From the human T2T-CHM13v2.0 reference genome, Homo sapiens, in the NCBI RefSeq assembly GCF_009914755.1, contig NC_060933.1: a stretch of 64,000 bases of DNA; one strand, written 5' to 3'. This document shows positions 1-22,356 of this stretch, piece by piece. Below the pieces are notes generated by a model. It made no database searches and was not told where the DNA came from. It worked only from the letters and a program-made list of their open reading frames with translations. A program made the position numbers and the translations under genes. Each line of letters begins with the position of its first letter. The first letter of the stretch is position 1.

Positions 1-364
1 TGGGATTCATTGCACATAAATCCTTTGGTGACTGAATACAGAGACTGGTCAGGGAGGCTGGTTGGGTTCATCTGCGGTAGCGTACCCATTCTTCCTGAGG
101 CCTAGGGAATCTCTTCTGCCTTCTACCCTTGGTGGGTCCCACCCCTCCAGCTCTTTCAGAGGGGCTGAGGGTGTGTTCTGGCCCAGAGCCAGGCACCTCC
201 TCAACCCCTACTCCTTTCTTCCATTTAGGACTCAACTTATTCCAGCTTTTTCTGTTCCTCCAAGACAAGATCTATGAAAGATCCCCGATACCTTATCCCT
301 CAGAGACCCCCTACATAGTAAATCCCCAAAAGTATCTGAGAAATGAGAATGATTGAGTGAATGA

Positions 365-705
<341 letters not shown>

Positions 706-1135
706 TTCCAGCTTTAACATTCAATGCCTCTATCCCTCTCTGTCCTCAGAGGGTTGGTTCATCCTCAGTGAGGTGAAAGAGGACAAAGTCTTGTCAGGTC
801 TAGATACAGCATAGGACCATGCAAAGAGTGGGCCGCTTCAGCCAAACGTCGAGCCTGTCAGTTTTACTAACTTCATATAAATGGGATTATACTGGATGTA
901 TTCTCTGTGTCTTGTTTTTCACCCAACATTATATTCTATATCCTTACTAGGATGGGGATTATCAGGGATCACTTTTAATTATTCATTAAACTATATACAT
1001 ATGCTTTCTGCATTTTCAGTATCTGCACTATACTTCACAATAAAAGAAGAATTCAGGGAACCCAAGACAATTAGCATTTGTTTTCAACTGACAACCTAGA
1101 ATGAGTGTTCTCTTTTAGTCTTAAAAAAAAAAGTG

Positions 1136-1393
1136 GTTGGGTGTAGTGGCTCACATCTGTAATCCCAGAACTTTGGGAGGTGGAGGCAGGAGGATCACTT
1201 GAGACCAAGAATTCAAGACTAGCCTGGACAACATGGCAGATCCTCATCTCTACAAAAAATAAAAAATTAACTGGGCAAGGTAATGCCTGTAGTCCCAGCA
1301 ACTCGGGAGGCTGAGGCAGGAGGATCACCTGGCAGCAGTAAGCCAAGATCACGTCACTACACTCCAGAGTGACAGCCTGTCTCAAAAAAAAGA
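1136..1393 (+). mobile_element. Old Alu (AluJ-like), shared with copy B 47466-47757
   Basis: Diverged Alu dimer at the orthologous position in both copies. Confidence 0.85.
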
Positions 1394-3199
1394 AAAAAGT
1401 GACTTGGAACCTGCAAGATCTTCACAAAAGGTAAGAACCTTGGGGAAGTTTTTCACCTGGGAACTTTACCTGAAAGCTTGTCATTTTTTCACCCCTTGGC
1501 GAGTATTCAGTCAACAGAAGCATTGCCCTCACTTTATGGGTCACACATCACATGGGACTGTGTCTCTCCTACCAAGTGGTCTAATCTGTCTGAGCTTTAG
1601 TTTCTTCATATGGAAAACGATGATGTCACTGGCAGCATGGTGGGGGTTGTGGAGGATGCCGACATAAATGAAGTATGAGGACACGACTTACCATACTCTA
1701 CGATTGGGTCTAAAATCTGCACATGTGGCAAGGTAACAGTGTGGAAAATGGGGGTTATATGCTTTGTGTTGGTAAACTTGAGAAAGAGTTAGGGGAAATC
1801 ATTTTCCACTAGGAGACCCAGTTCAGCAACACTTTAGTATTTACCTGCCTGGGCTGCCTCATGCATTGCTCTGTGGGGAGTCAGGGTTTAATGAAGTGGG
1901 ATAAACCACACACACACATTAGTTAGCATCAGCACAGGCAGGATTAACTTTACACTCCATTTGCAAGAGAAAAGCTCCTCTCCTAGAGTTTGTTATAAAG
2001 GGATTTAGAATCACAGAATGATAGAGCTGGAAGACAGCCCCTAAGACATCACCATAATCCTACCCTGTCATTTTACAAAGGGTCAAACTGAAGTCCAGAG
2101 AGCAGAAGAGACCTGTCCAAGGTCACCTCCTCAATTAGCACAGAGCTCAGGTTGGACCCCAGTCTCCAGATCCCCAGGCCGGCATCCTCTCCACTTTCTC
2201 CTGTATTGCTTAACCACTGCCTTGTAACAAAGGCGGGGTAGCACATTTCTCTTTCTGGCTTTGCTCTATACCCTTGATACTCACACCCTCCATATTCAGT
2301 TTTCATGGTGTATGAGCAAGATTTGCATGTATCCAACTGAGCCAGGCTCCCTCATGTCAGTGTAGCTTTGCATTTGCTGTTTCCTTTGTCTTCACTGGTC
2401 TTCCCTCTCTACTCTTTCCAGAGAGACTCTATTCAGTGTTGCCTTCCCCAGGAATTCTTCTCTGAACTATGCCCTCTCCCATCTCTCTAGACTTTGAGCT
2501 CCTCTAGAATAGGGACTACATCTTTGTATCTCACTGCCTAGCAGAGGAATGGCATGTGGCAGACACAGGGTAAAAATTTGTTGAATGAATAAATGGCCAG
2601 ATAAAATAATAATTAAATGCACAAATGAATGAATGAAGTGAAACGCAGGTAGGAAGCAGTATGGGTCTCAAACAACCTGGAGCTCTTAACAACTTGCCAA
2701 TTTAGCTCAAGTCCTTCCTTGTGGAGCTCTGGCCAGTTCTAGAAGTTTTTCATGACAACCATGGTCCATGACCTCTCTCCTTTGGATGGCCTCGACTCTG
2801 ACCACATATCACTGAGCTGAATCTACCATAGCCCTAAGCTTTCATCTCAGGCCCCAAACAGACTGTCAATGAGCCATCGATTCTGTCCTTGCCACCATCT
2901 TCAACCAGTTTTCCCAGGGCTGCCTGCACTGGGGGATACACCTAGGAAATTTCCACATGAGACATGAAGCCTATGTCTTCAGGGTGACTGCGCCCCTCAG
3001 GGTGGAGTGCCAACACAGATTCCCCATGGGCATCTCAATTCTAGCAACTTGATTAGAGAAGGCACCTTCAGATGTCCCTTGTTTATATAGACTCCTGAGA
3101 GGGAAAGTTGGGAGTGTGTATAAGTACCTATATACATGTATATAACTGGGATAGGCATTGAAGTAGAAGTCAGGAGACTAGGGGTTCAGCCCCAACTTT

Positions 3200-3640
3200 G
3201 TCAGCATGGCAAAATGGTTAAGCATATGGACTCTGGAATTGTACTGCTGGGTTAGAATCCCAGCTCTCGCACTTACTAGCTGTTCAGCCTTGGGGAGGTT
3301 ACCTAACTGTGGTGTGCTTCATTTCCCCACCTATAGAATGGAGACAATGATATTCTCTGCCTCATAGAGCTGCTGTGAAGAACACATGAGGTAGGCTGGG
3401 CTCCGTGGCTCACACCTGTAATCCCAGTGCTTTGAGAAGCCAAGACGAAAGGATCGCTTGAACCCAGGAGTTTGAGACTGCAGTGAGCTATGTATGATCA
3501 TGCCACTGCACTCCAGTCTGGGTGACGGAGTGAGACCCAGTCTCTGAAAAAAAAAAAGAATATGTGAGGTAATATATGTAATGTGTTTAGAATAGCGCCA
3601 GGCACATATTAAGTGTTAAATAAATGTTAGGAATTATTAT
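3200..3640 (+). mobile_element. MIR interrupted by an Alu monomer (FRAM/FLAM-like, 3394-3558); shared with copy B
   Basis: MIR core (GAATCCCAGCTCT..ACTTACTAGCTGT..TTTCCCCACCTATAGAATGGAGACAATGATA) with an Alu monomer inserted. Confidence 0.7.
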
Positions 3641-4624
3641 TTTCTCAGACCCTTAGTTCTTGTTATTCCTTCTGCCTAGAATGTTCTACCCTCTGGCTTT
3701 CTGCATGCCCAGCTCCTTCTCCTTCAAGTCTCCACTTAATGTCGTCTCCTCAGGGAGACCTTCCTTGACCACACCTAGAATATATTTTCCCCCTCACCCC
3801 TGCATCACTGAATACATGGAGAATGGACCAGGGTGTTTCTAAATCCCTTCTGGTTCTTATCTTGTGTATTTTCCACAATGTTATTATTTTTTAGGCACAG
3901 GGTTCCTCCCATAAGCCTAGGTTATTCATTTATGTGATTAACACAGAGTAACAAACTTGTAAACTGCAGGCATATTTGATTTGGAACAAGCTGAGTGGGC
4001 CACTGATTGTATTTCCAGTTTGCATCTGTTCCTTCTTGTTACATCTTTACTTCTGTGCCAGGAGTATCATTGCCAAAAGTGGTCAGAGACTTAAAAGTTT
4101 GCTTTTTCCTTTTGGCGGCATCAGTAAACTGAATTATTAAAGTTTTGTCTTCCCTCTTTGAAACTCCCAAAAGAAAAGAAATCACAAAAACAAATCTTGG
4201 CATACAAAGAAAATGAGACAAAGAATGTAATCATAATACTAGCGAATGGTTTTCAGACTGACATCTGTACATTAAGAATATGTAAAAATACCAATTTCAT
4301 GCTCTGACAACTTATTCTGCATCAGGGGTGGGGTAATGCCTTGGGAATGCCAAATGTCAAAGCATTACATAATGTCAGCTATTCATGTGCTTCTTTGATG
4401 AGCTATCACTGGGATTCCTTAAGGGAATGGAATGGGAATGGGAATGGGAATTCCTTAAGGGAGAGATGTCTTAAAAAGTGGAGGGGAGAGGGAAAGCATA
4501 AGAAAAGGAAAGAAAGGAAGGAAAGAAGGGACAAAGGAAGAGAGATGCTGTCAAAATCATGATGAGTAATTGTGTAAAGAAAAGTTAACATGTGTGTGTA
4601 TATATACACATATATATAGATATG

Positions 4625-4918
4625 TTTTTTTTTTTTTTGAGACAGAGTCTCCCTCTGTCACCCAGGCTAGAGTGCAGTGGTTCGATCTCAGCCCACTGCA
4701 ACCTCCAACTCCTGGGTTCAAGTGATTCTCATGCCTCAGCCTCTGAGTAGCTGGAATTACAGGCACGTGCCACCAAACCCAGCTAATTTTTGTATTTTAG
4801 TAGAGACGGGGTTTCACCATGTTGGCCAGGCTGGTCTCAAACTCCTGACCTCACGTGATACACCCACTTCGACCTCCCAAAGGGAGGAGATTACAGGTGT
4901 GAGCCATCATGCCCTGCC
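4625..4918 (-). mobile_element. AluS, specific to copy A
   Basis: Full Alu dimer, absent at B ~51250. Confidence 0.88.
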
Positions 4919-5442
4919 TATATATTTTTAAACAGTACATACAATCCCAAATCTAAGCCACCATATGTGGGGTTTACTTATCTCTGTTTTGATTTTCCAC
5001 AATTAGAACATGCACGTTTAATTTCTTTTCTTTCATAGGTGTTGCTTTTTTTTTTGCCTGAATTTTTGTAACATCCACAGAAATCCAAGTGAAAAATGTT
5101 TCCATCATCCTATTGCTCCAAGTAATCAAACTTGCTGATTATTTTCTGTTCTGTTCTAGTTTTTGTCCAAATGCATAATATCCCACAGTGGCTATGATAA
5201 GCAAAAATTCACATGCCTTCTAAAACTGTATCATAGGAATTTCCCCACATTATTATATGGACTTCATAATGACCACCTTAATTATTTAAGACTATTCTGA
5301 AGTATACTCACTTGTACTATAATTTACTTACCCATTCTCATGTTATTGTACTTTAGGGTACCTCCCCACTTTTTATAGTTATAGGTAGTACCTATTAAAT
5401 GTCTTTCATATTCAACATGCTTTTAATGCATTCAACAAACTC

Positions 5443-5760
5443 TTTTTTTTTTTTTTTGAGAGGGTTTTGTCTCACTTTGTCACTTAGGCTGGAGTATAGG
5501 TGGTAAGATCTCAGCTCACTGCAACCTCGGCCTCCCAGGCTGAAGCGATCTTCCCACCTTAGCCTCCTGAGTAGCTGGTACTACACACATGTGCCACCAT
5601 GCCTGGTAATTATTATTATTATTATTATTTTTGTATTTTTGGTAGAGACAGGGTTTTGCCATGTTGCCCAGGCTGGTCTTGAACTCCTGAGCTCAGGAAA
5701 TCCTCCCACCTTGGCATCCCAAAGTGCTGGGGTTACAGGCGTGAACTACCACCCTTGGCC
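5443..5760 (-). mobile_element. AluJ-like element
   Basis: Diverged Alu dimer. Confidence 0.85.
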
Positions 5761-5885
5761 CGCATTGAACAAACTTTTATATGACATGTGCTGTGTTCGA
5801 CAGTAGGGATTATCTGGAAGGATCCTGCTTCAGGGTCTAGGGACGGAGATGGACAAATGAACACACAAATGCAATTCAGAGCTCC

Positions 5886-6050
5886 AGTGCCTTGCTTCCC
5901 AAAGTGCGGTTCATCGACAAGAAGCATCAGCATCACCTGGAAGCTTCTTAGAATGGAAACTCTCAGGCCTCGCCCTAGACCTACTGAATGAGAATCTGAA
6001 TTTTAACAAGATCCCCAGATGATTCATGTGTACATGAAAAGCTTGAGTAA
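5886..6050. mobile_element. MER5A-like hAT-Charlie DNA transposon
   Basis: AGCATCAGCATCACCTGG..AGACCTACTGAATGAGAATCT..TTTTAACAAGATCCCCAG, typical of MER5. Confidence 0.75.
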
Positions 6051-6099
6051 TCTGCCAATCCAGGGTTTTTCTACCTCGATGGGTCACTTGATTGATAAT

Positions 6100-7080
6100 T
6101 CCTGGTCTCTTCAGCCTCTTCTCTACTTTTCCACAGCCATAAGCATGCTCAGGTCTCTCTTACCTTAAAAAATCCAGTAAAAAATCCAGTAAAAAATCTA
6201 CAAACCTCCCTTGACTTGGGTCCCTCTCTAGTATGGGCTTCATAAGAAGACCTTCTGTGTGTTCCTCCATAATCGTATCTCCCACACCCTCCTCAATCCA
6301 GAGCACTCTGATTTCTGCTCCCCACTTCACTCAGACTGCTCTGAAGATGGGCTCCGGGGCCCCCCTAGCTCCCCACACATCCAGTGGCCTCTCTAGTTTT
6401 CATTTCCCTTTCTTTCCCAGTGTTATCAGACACCACAATCAATTCTGTCTCCCAAACTCTCTTCCCAAAGTCACCAGTCCCTCTCAGTTTTCTCCTATTT
6501 CTCTTACCATGGTATCCAATCCTTCCCCCTCAATCCTTCAGCTCCCTGGTCTGCCTCTTAAACCTTGAGGTTCAACTCCAGGGTGCTGTCCTTGATTCTC
6601 TTCTCACTCTACACATTGCCCCTCAGTAAGTTCATTCCTGCCCGAGATTGCAATGATCATCTCTTGACTGAAGACTCCCCAATACACAACACATGTAGAT
6701 GCAGAGCTCTCTCTTCCTGTGCCTTTCTTCTCTCTCCAATTGCCCACCAGGCTTTAGCACCTGGATGTCCCAGCACTTCAAAGTCAGTGAGTTCAAGAGT
6801 GGTCCCCTTAAACATCTACCATTTCTCTGGTTTCTCTGTCTCAATAAATGGTTTCACCAGCCACCCAGTGATTCTCCCCTCCTCCCCCACCCCCAACAAG
6901 TCACTATGTACTGTTGATTCTTTCTCTGCTCCATCTCTCAGATCTATACCCCATGTCATTCCCCTGATTTAGTTCTCGTCACCTCTCTCCAGGATGACTA
7001 CCACAGTTGCTCAACCGGTCTCCTTGCCTCTGCTCCCACCCTCAACACCCCAACCTTCTCCAATCTAAAGTGATGGTATT
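6100..7080 (+). mobile_element. L2 LINE fragment (degenerate RT region)
   Basis: C/T-rich L2-type sequence including TTCTCACTCTACAC..GATCATCTCTTGACTGAAGACTCCC, a degenerate YADD region. Confidence 0.6.
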
Positions 7081-7104
7081 ATTTATAATACGAAAATATG
7101 ATCC

Positions 7105-8107
<1,003 letters not shown>

Positions 8108-8294
8108 ACTCCCTTCCTACTGCAAGGTCTGTGATAGACTTTAGAACAGCACAGAACCCTACAGAGAGAGGCTACTAAAGTAGGGGAGTTCTTACAAACT
8201 AGCACGTTGACTCTGCCAGCCCAGATATGGCCAAAAGATTCTACTACTTTCCCTTTCTTGGAGCATGTGTCTCCAGGCCACAGAGACCCCATGC

Positions 8295-9330
<1,036 letters not shown>

Positions 9331-10354
9331 GCCTCTATCCCACCGTAACTGTGTTACCCCTCGCCTGGTCTCAGGCAATAGTCTCCTAACTGGCTTCACC
9401 TCCAGTCTCACCTTCCCTACGCTAGCCATTAGAAAGGGTGTAAAAAACATGTAATTGACCACATTACTCTTCTTAAAACCTTCCATGGGTCTTGATTGTC
9501 CTGAGGATAAAATCCAATTCCTTACCTACCATACCTGGACTTTTTGACCAGACCCAAACCTTCCTCTATAGCTTCCCAGTAAGTCTATTCTTTCACGGTG
9601 TTTTCCTCTCTTCCTCCATTCTCCAACATGCTGTGCTCCAGTCAGGCCAGCTCACTTGCAGTTTCACAAACACACAAAGCTGAGTCATGCCTCTATGCCA
9701 TGGCTCTGGCAGAGCCTGATGGCTGGTGAGCTTCAGCCTGATCCTGGTTTCTGCACAGAGAACACTCACTCTTACGTCAAGATTCAGAGAATCACTTGTA
9801 CAAACTTTTCTCATTCTCTTAGTTACATATGAACTCCTACTCTTGTGTTGCCATGAGCTCCATAATACTTCTCTCTTAGAAGCTGTGAGTACCTTACTTC
9901 ACATTTCTTTTTCTTTTTTTGTTAGTAGAGATGAGGTCTTGCCTTGTTGCCCAGGCTGGTCTTGAACTCCTGGCCTCAAGCAATCCTCCTGCCTTGGCCT
10001 CCCAAAGTGTTGGGATTACAGGCATGAGCCACCGTGTCTGGCTGCATTTATTTATATATCTTTTTTTTTCTGTCGGATTATAAACACTCCATATAGGACT
10101 GGAGAAGATACCTACAGAGCAGGAGCTCAAGTAAGTATCTGTTAAATGACCAAACGAATGAGGGCCAAGGAAGCTCTAAAGTTGAGGTCTCAAGGGCCTG
10201 GATACAAAGACGGTGTGGTGAAGACCGGGAGGCTGGATCAGTCCTGTTCTCACTCTTGCTTAATCAAAGAAGGCATATCTTCCTGCTGAGAAAGAGGAAC
10301 TTAGCATTGGAAGGGAATTTGAAGGTTCTGTAGCTCTCAGGAAGAATCAGTTTC

Positions 10355-11752
<1,398 letters not shown>

Positions 11753-12705
11753 TGAGTCTAGGGGATCAGAGGAGGAGGGTGGGGGTGAAAATAGAGCAGT
11801 GATGGGACTTCTCTTATGAATGGCCTCTCTGCCTTCCTCCCTCCCTTTTCCCTCCAATACTGGCTGGGCCATGTGCTATTTTGGGGGCAAATGCATGTCC
11901 TTGTGTGCACTCAGAGATGAATAAGACGGAGCACCTGCCCTGGAGGAGTCAGTGGTACAAATAAGTCAGGGAGGAAGTATGTAAGCCAATTTCACAGATG
12001 GAATGATAAGTAAAATTATACGTCATGACCCTAAATCTTCCCATTCTCCTCCTTTCCCCTCTGACCTCAGTGCATGCTTCTGAGTCTCCATAAGAGGAAA
12101 CTGCACAATATTCCTTGAATCAAGGTTAGATGAGAAGATTTAATAGCATTAGGAGAAATGTCTGGGTCCAATTATGGAGCTTTAAATGCAGCCTTTATAT
12201 TTCACACTTGGAATCAAGGTTACTGAATTCTCTAGATGTTTTCAAATAAGCCAAACTATCGCACAGATAACAGGAGAGTAATTGGAAATGGACCGAGAGA
12301 GACCTTGAGCATAAGCAATCTGAGGAAACAGTTTAAACAAGCCCACAGTATCCTTTGCAGAAGATCTATTAGCGATGGATGCATACGTCGAAGAATCTTA
12401 GAATTGGGGAGCTTAACGGGACCTGCCTTGGCAATTATGAAGTCTGTTTCCTCATTTTACGGATGAGGAAACTGAAGGGCACAGAGAGAAAGTGGCTTGA
12501 AAGTTCACACAGGAAAATTATGTCATACCTGGCACAATAATCCTGTCCTTTGACTTTTAGTTGAGGGCTCTTGATTTTTCTGCTCACCTGTTGCTTTGCT
12601 TCAATAAAATGTTGTAAAGTTTCCTTTATAAGTACAATTTTCTCTTCTAATACTGGAATGAGTCAGAGAGGGAGAAGTAAGTCCTTGCAAATGATAAATA
12701 TATAC

Positions 12706-13445
<740 letters not shown>

Positions 13446-13989
13446 GTACATAAATGTTGCCAGCATGTGAGTTTCCTTGGGCCAAAAGAAGTGGGTTTCA
13501 TCAGGCCTTGGGGTAGAGGCAGTTAGGAAACAAAAGTTGGACTGGGCTCGAATATTTGGTAGCAATAAGCCCCAAAGTTCAAGCAGCCAGCGTGTCCTAA
13601 TCAGATTCTAATCTGGGATACTAACAATGGATGATGAGCAGAATCAGAAGCAAAGGTGGAGGAAATATTTGTCTTCCCATTTGAAGAAGTTGCAGTTCCA
13701 AATCTTCGATTCAGCAACTCTGATTGGGATACGAAGTTTTACGGTTTATGCAAGTTGCATCTCTCAGGTACACATAGCTGACATAAAAAGCAGCAAGTTC
13801 TCTTCCTTGTTCCCACTAAACTCCTCCTACCCCATAGCCAGTCACAGACTTCTATATGATCCAAAGCCAGAAAAGATTATAAGGTGGTTGTTAAAACCTC
13901 ACTCACTTTGGAGTGTTGCTGGACCACTGCAGGCTGATGGCAGTCCAGAAAGATGTGCCCATTTACTCAGTGTTAAGTCTTTGAATTAG

Positions 13990-14350
13990 AGTCTCTGCAG
14001 GAAACAGGTGTACATTCTAAATGAGGAACTGAGGAAGGTTTCATGAAGGGACCGTTTACAGAGGGGTGGGCAGTGCTAGGGAAGACAACAAGGTATGGTA
14101 CCCTAGGGCTAGCCATTGCAGGGAGCATTCACCTGTTAGTTACACCTAAAAGGGCAAGGAAGGGAGGGAGTGGCTGTATGAAGAAGGGGACCTGACAGGA
14201 ACTGTGGTCTTTTGTAGAGGAACACAATCAACTCATGCAGACGCAGCAGAGAGGGAGCCAGCACACTAACGGTGTGACTTCATTCCCCTCCTGTCCTCCT
14301 AAATTTAGCTCATGCTGCCTATTGTCCAACCCCAACCAAAGACTGAAAGA
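13990..14350. mobile_element. Ancient MaLR-type LTR fragment (MLT1M/N/O-like); paralogue at ~55445-55810
   Basis: GCAGGAAACAG..GAAGGGAC..TTTACAGAGGGGTGGGCAG..AGGGCTAGC resembles old MLT1 consensus. Subfamily uncertain. Confidence 0.4.
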
Positions 14351-14364
14351 CAAGGAAGCTCTTC

Positions 14365-16530
<2,166 letters not shown>

Positions 16531-16531
16531 G

Positions 16532-17500
<969 letters not shown>

Positions 17501-18494
17501 ATGCAGAACTATATTCTGTCTATGTGACATGCACTTTATGTAAAGACAAGTTGAAAGTAAAAGGATCAAAAACAATGTACTATGCAAATAGTTACAAAGG
17601 CTGCAGAGACTATACTAATATCAGATAAAGTAGATGTCAAGAAGACAGTATTACGAAGATAAAGAAGGACTTTTCTTAACGAAAAATGATTCATCCATGT
17701 AAGTGTATGTTTTTAATAACAACTTCAAAATAGCTGAAGCAAAAATGGTCTCAAATAAATTGAGAAACATGTAAGTTTTCCATTATGGTTGTGCCACATG
17801 TTATTTAATCTATTCCTGATTGATGGACATTTAATTTGTTTCTGATTTTTTTTTTACTATTGCCACAATGAATATATTTGTGCATGTGTACATATATCTA
17901 TATCTATATCTATCTATACTTATGTAGTAGTGTCTACTTAGGAAAGATTCCTAGAATGGATTTGTTGGGTCAAAGGTCATTGTGTCATTTGATTAACATT
18001 TTATCAAAATCGTATTTTGATTCAGTACAGCCAAATTCTTCTTCTAAAAGACTTCATCAATTTACCCTCCTACCAACAGTGTATGAGTGTACATTTCTTT
18101 TGTTGTTGTTCTAACACTGTTTTCCCATCACTCCTCGGCTAGAAATCAAAATTTCTCGCATGCATTCAAAGCCCCACAGTCTGGCCCCTCCTTATGTCGC
18201 CAGGCCCTCCAGTGCTCCTACTCCCCTCTACTCTCGTCTCCAGCCCCAGTGACATTTCAGTCTCTATTGATTTGCTCCAGGACCTTTGCACCTGCTGTTT
18301 CCTCTGCCTGAAATACTTTACCCTTGATGCTTCTTTCAGTTTATTCCTACTTATCCTTCAGATATCATGTCCCGACTTTGTAGAAGCCTTCTCTAACCTT
18401 CCTGAATAAGTCAATATCTCCATTGTAGTTTCTCACAGAGCCTCTCATATATAGCATTTATCTAAGATACAATTTTGCATTTGTTTTATTTATT

Positions 18495-18957
<463 letters not shown>

Positions 18958-20609
18958 TGAGCTTTCTTACCAGTCTGGAGCTTTCTTTGGCTAATATTCA
19001 GATAGGTAGATTCTCTCTGTGCCAAGAAACCAACATAGATGATAATAAAACCTCTCTCACTATTTCCACGCAGCTGAGCGTAGGCACAGAAAAGAGAAAG
19101 TTCCAGGGGGTAAGTTCTGAGAGCAACGGCATAGCACAATGAGAAAAAAGCCATTCTCTGGAGGGAGACATCAAACATTCTGAAGAAACTGTGTGGCAGT
19201 TCCAGGATTTTAACAGATCTGTCCATAGCAAGTAAGAACAGGGATTGCTAGAGCCATGCAGATAGAGTTGTTGAAGACTGTACAGGAAACAGGAAGTTTG
19301 AGGTATTGGGGATAGGGAGACAGAAACTTCTGCAATTAATAGGTGTGATATAAGAAATACAACACCCATATGCAGACTCGTCAGTCAACCATAGAAGAAT
19401 ATCAGATCCCGAAGGGAGGCAGAGGAAGAGGATATCACAGAGACAGTCCTTTTAAAGCCCCATATTGCTAATGGTTTCACCAGTTGAGTAAGAAACAATG
19501 GATAATAATGGTTGAAACACAAAGCATCACGTCTATAGTTTATCATATATAATTGTGCTTAAGTTGACTGTAGTCAACTGTGGCTCACATGACAGAATGA
19601 TCTTAGTTATTTTCAATTAGTTTCTTTTGTGGTTAATCTAAAGTCCCAAGTAAAATAATTCATGGTAGCATTGCCGCAAAGACATGTCGAAACTGAAAAC
19701 TGTAGACATAATTCCCGGGTCCGGGACGGGCAGCTGAAGAGAGCAGCCCCTCTATAGATGACACCTAAATAAGCCCTGTTTGAGCATGCGTGATCCTTCA
19801 TGTCTCATAATCTGTGGATCCAGGGCTCATGGACATTTAAAAGAAAGGCATGCCTTTTTAGACAGCTTCTCCACATGTTACTGATGACATGCTTCAAGAT
19901 TTCTTGTGCAGAATCTGATGATTCTTAAATTAGAATCCCAATAGTTTTGCCAGTCAGTATTCATTATATAGTCACTTAGAGCTAAGCCTTGAGGAATAAA
20001 ATTCCAACTAGGAATAATAATAAAAAACGGGAATGGTGCCCTTGCAATACTAGTTCCTTATCCCTAGGATTTTATTGTAATGAGAATATTATCATGTATG
20101 TAGTTTAATTTATAATATATATTTTTAAATTTCATTATTTCATAAGGAAAGGCGGTCTCCAAGAAAAATTAAAAGCCATCTCTATGAATGTCCACATTTT
20201 CAAGAACGATTTCATAGGCTGGTTGAAAATTGTGTGCTCTCTCCATCACTTTGCAATTTGAAGAACTGCAAAATCATGAATAATACAAAAGGATGTTAAA
20301 CTTTTCAACAAATCCAGATGGGTACCAATGTCATTGAGAATTCCTGAGAATCACCTTGATTGCTGCTTCAGACCTAGGAGCCTGAATTGAATATCACTTA
20401 CCAGTTGGAAGCTATTGGCTTAAGTGACAACAGTTTCTACAATAACATTGGTATCTATATTGTTTACTTTTAAAATTGTACAGACACTAAGTTTGTGCAA
20501 ATAAAAAACATCCAAACTTTAACATTCAGTCACTTCCCTTGCTAGCCTTCTATTTCTTCTCCCTTATCATTTAGACGTTGGTGCAAATAGAAAGAGTGAT
20601 GGATTGTGA

Positions 20610-20916
<307 letters not shown>

Positions 20917-22189
20917 GCAGGCCAGTTTTAACACTAACCTTTGCTGGGGCCTTGCAAATCTCTTCATTTTGCATCTTAGTTGTCCCTTCTGCAAAATGAG
21001 AGAGTTGGACTAGATGTCCCTTTCAGCCATGATTCTAGGGCTTCCATTGTTCCACACAGTCACTGGATGAAGAGACACTGCCAATGCAAAGACTGAGCCG
21101 CCATGAGAACTCATGTTATGTCTTGCAACTCTTGAGGCTGGGTATAATGTAGGCCTAAAGTCTTTACTTCCAATCTTAGGTAGCAGGGAAATGTGTCCAT
21201 TTGTGGGTTATGCTGCTCATCATACGTCTAATCCCCGTCTCCCCACACCATGCTAGTCCTGGATATTCAGAGTCAGGGCTTGTTTGTCAACACAGAAGAC
21301 TCGCACACTTGTGATGCTTTTGCTTATCCTGTTCCTTTGCCAGAAGATCCCCCTGCTTCTCTACCTAGCAAACTCTCATTCATTCTTTTAATTTTGCCTT
21401 TTAATTTTATATTTTGACATAATTTCACATTTGGAGAAAAATTGCAAAATCTGTACAAAGAATCCTCATATACCTTTACGCAGATCCCCAAAATGTTAAC
21501 TTTTTACCACACTCCTCTGTCTCTCTCTCCCTCTAGCTCCCAGAATTTTTTTTCTGAGCCACTTAAGCATCAGTTTCAGACATGATGCCCCTTTACTCCA
21601 GGTAGTTCAGTGTGCTCGACCTGAAAAATAAAACCAAGACATTCTCTTACATAACCATAATGTAAATATAAAAATTGGGGAAATAATGTTAATGCAGTAC
21701 TGTCCTCTAACCTAGATCTGGATGTTGCCAATTGTTCCTTTAATGCGGTACAGTTCCTCGGTCTTTCTTTGCATTTCCTGCCACTGACAGTTTTGAAGAG
21801 ATAAGTCCAGTATTTTTAGAGTGTACCTCATGGTTATATTCAAGTTACGCACTTTTGATGTGAATGCCATAGAAGTAATGTGCTGTTTTTCTCAATGAAT
21901 CACATCTCACTTTTTAAAGTGAAAGTCATTCTTCAATCTCCTCCATTCCTACTCCCCTCCTAAGAGGTAAATAACCACTGTTAACGATTGGTATTCATCT
22001 AGTATTTTGTCTATGCACTTATATACACACATATCTATACACAGGCACACTTGTACCCTTTAAAAACATAATAAAATGAGAACACTATATCCTTACTGCT
22101 CTGCAATTTACCTTTTTTCATTTAAGTGTACGTCTTTGGCAATCTTTCCATGTCAGTGCATGCAGATTCCCTTTATTCTTTTAAAAATG

Positions 22190-22288
22190 GCATATATATA
22201 TGTATATATATGCCACATATGTGTGTATATATATATACACACACATATATATACATATATATACATATATATATACATATGCCACATA

Positions 22289-22348
<60 letters not shown>

Positions 22349-22356
22349 TATATATA
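22190..22356. repeat. Compound (TA)n/(CA)n/(TG)n microsatellite
   Basis: Seen directly; absent from copy B. Confidence 0.92.

Noticed and set aside
2680-2941. Possible minus-strand exon (CCTAG boundary; 79-aa frame open in copy B)
   Set aside because: The pyrimidine tract and donor are weak, copy A has in-frame stops, and no partner exons were found.
13627-13989. 120-aa ORF with good Kozak context, open in both copies (also 55080-55442)
   Set aside because: By eye there are about 17 amino-acid differences against about 4 synonymous changes between the copies, which looks neutral. There is no recognisable domain or promoter. Shared openness is explained by the duplication.
19613-19801. 62-aa minus-strand ORF identical in both copies (59279-59467)
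   Set aside because: The identity extends far beyond the ORF at the DNA level, so it reflects the homogenised tract rather than coding constraint.
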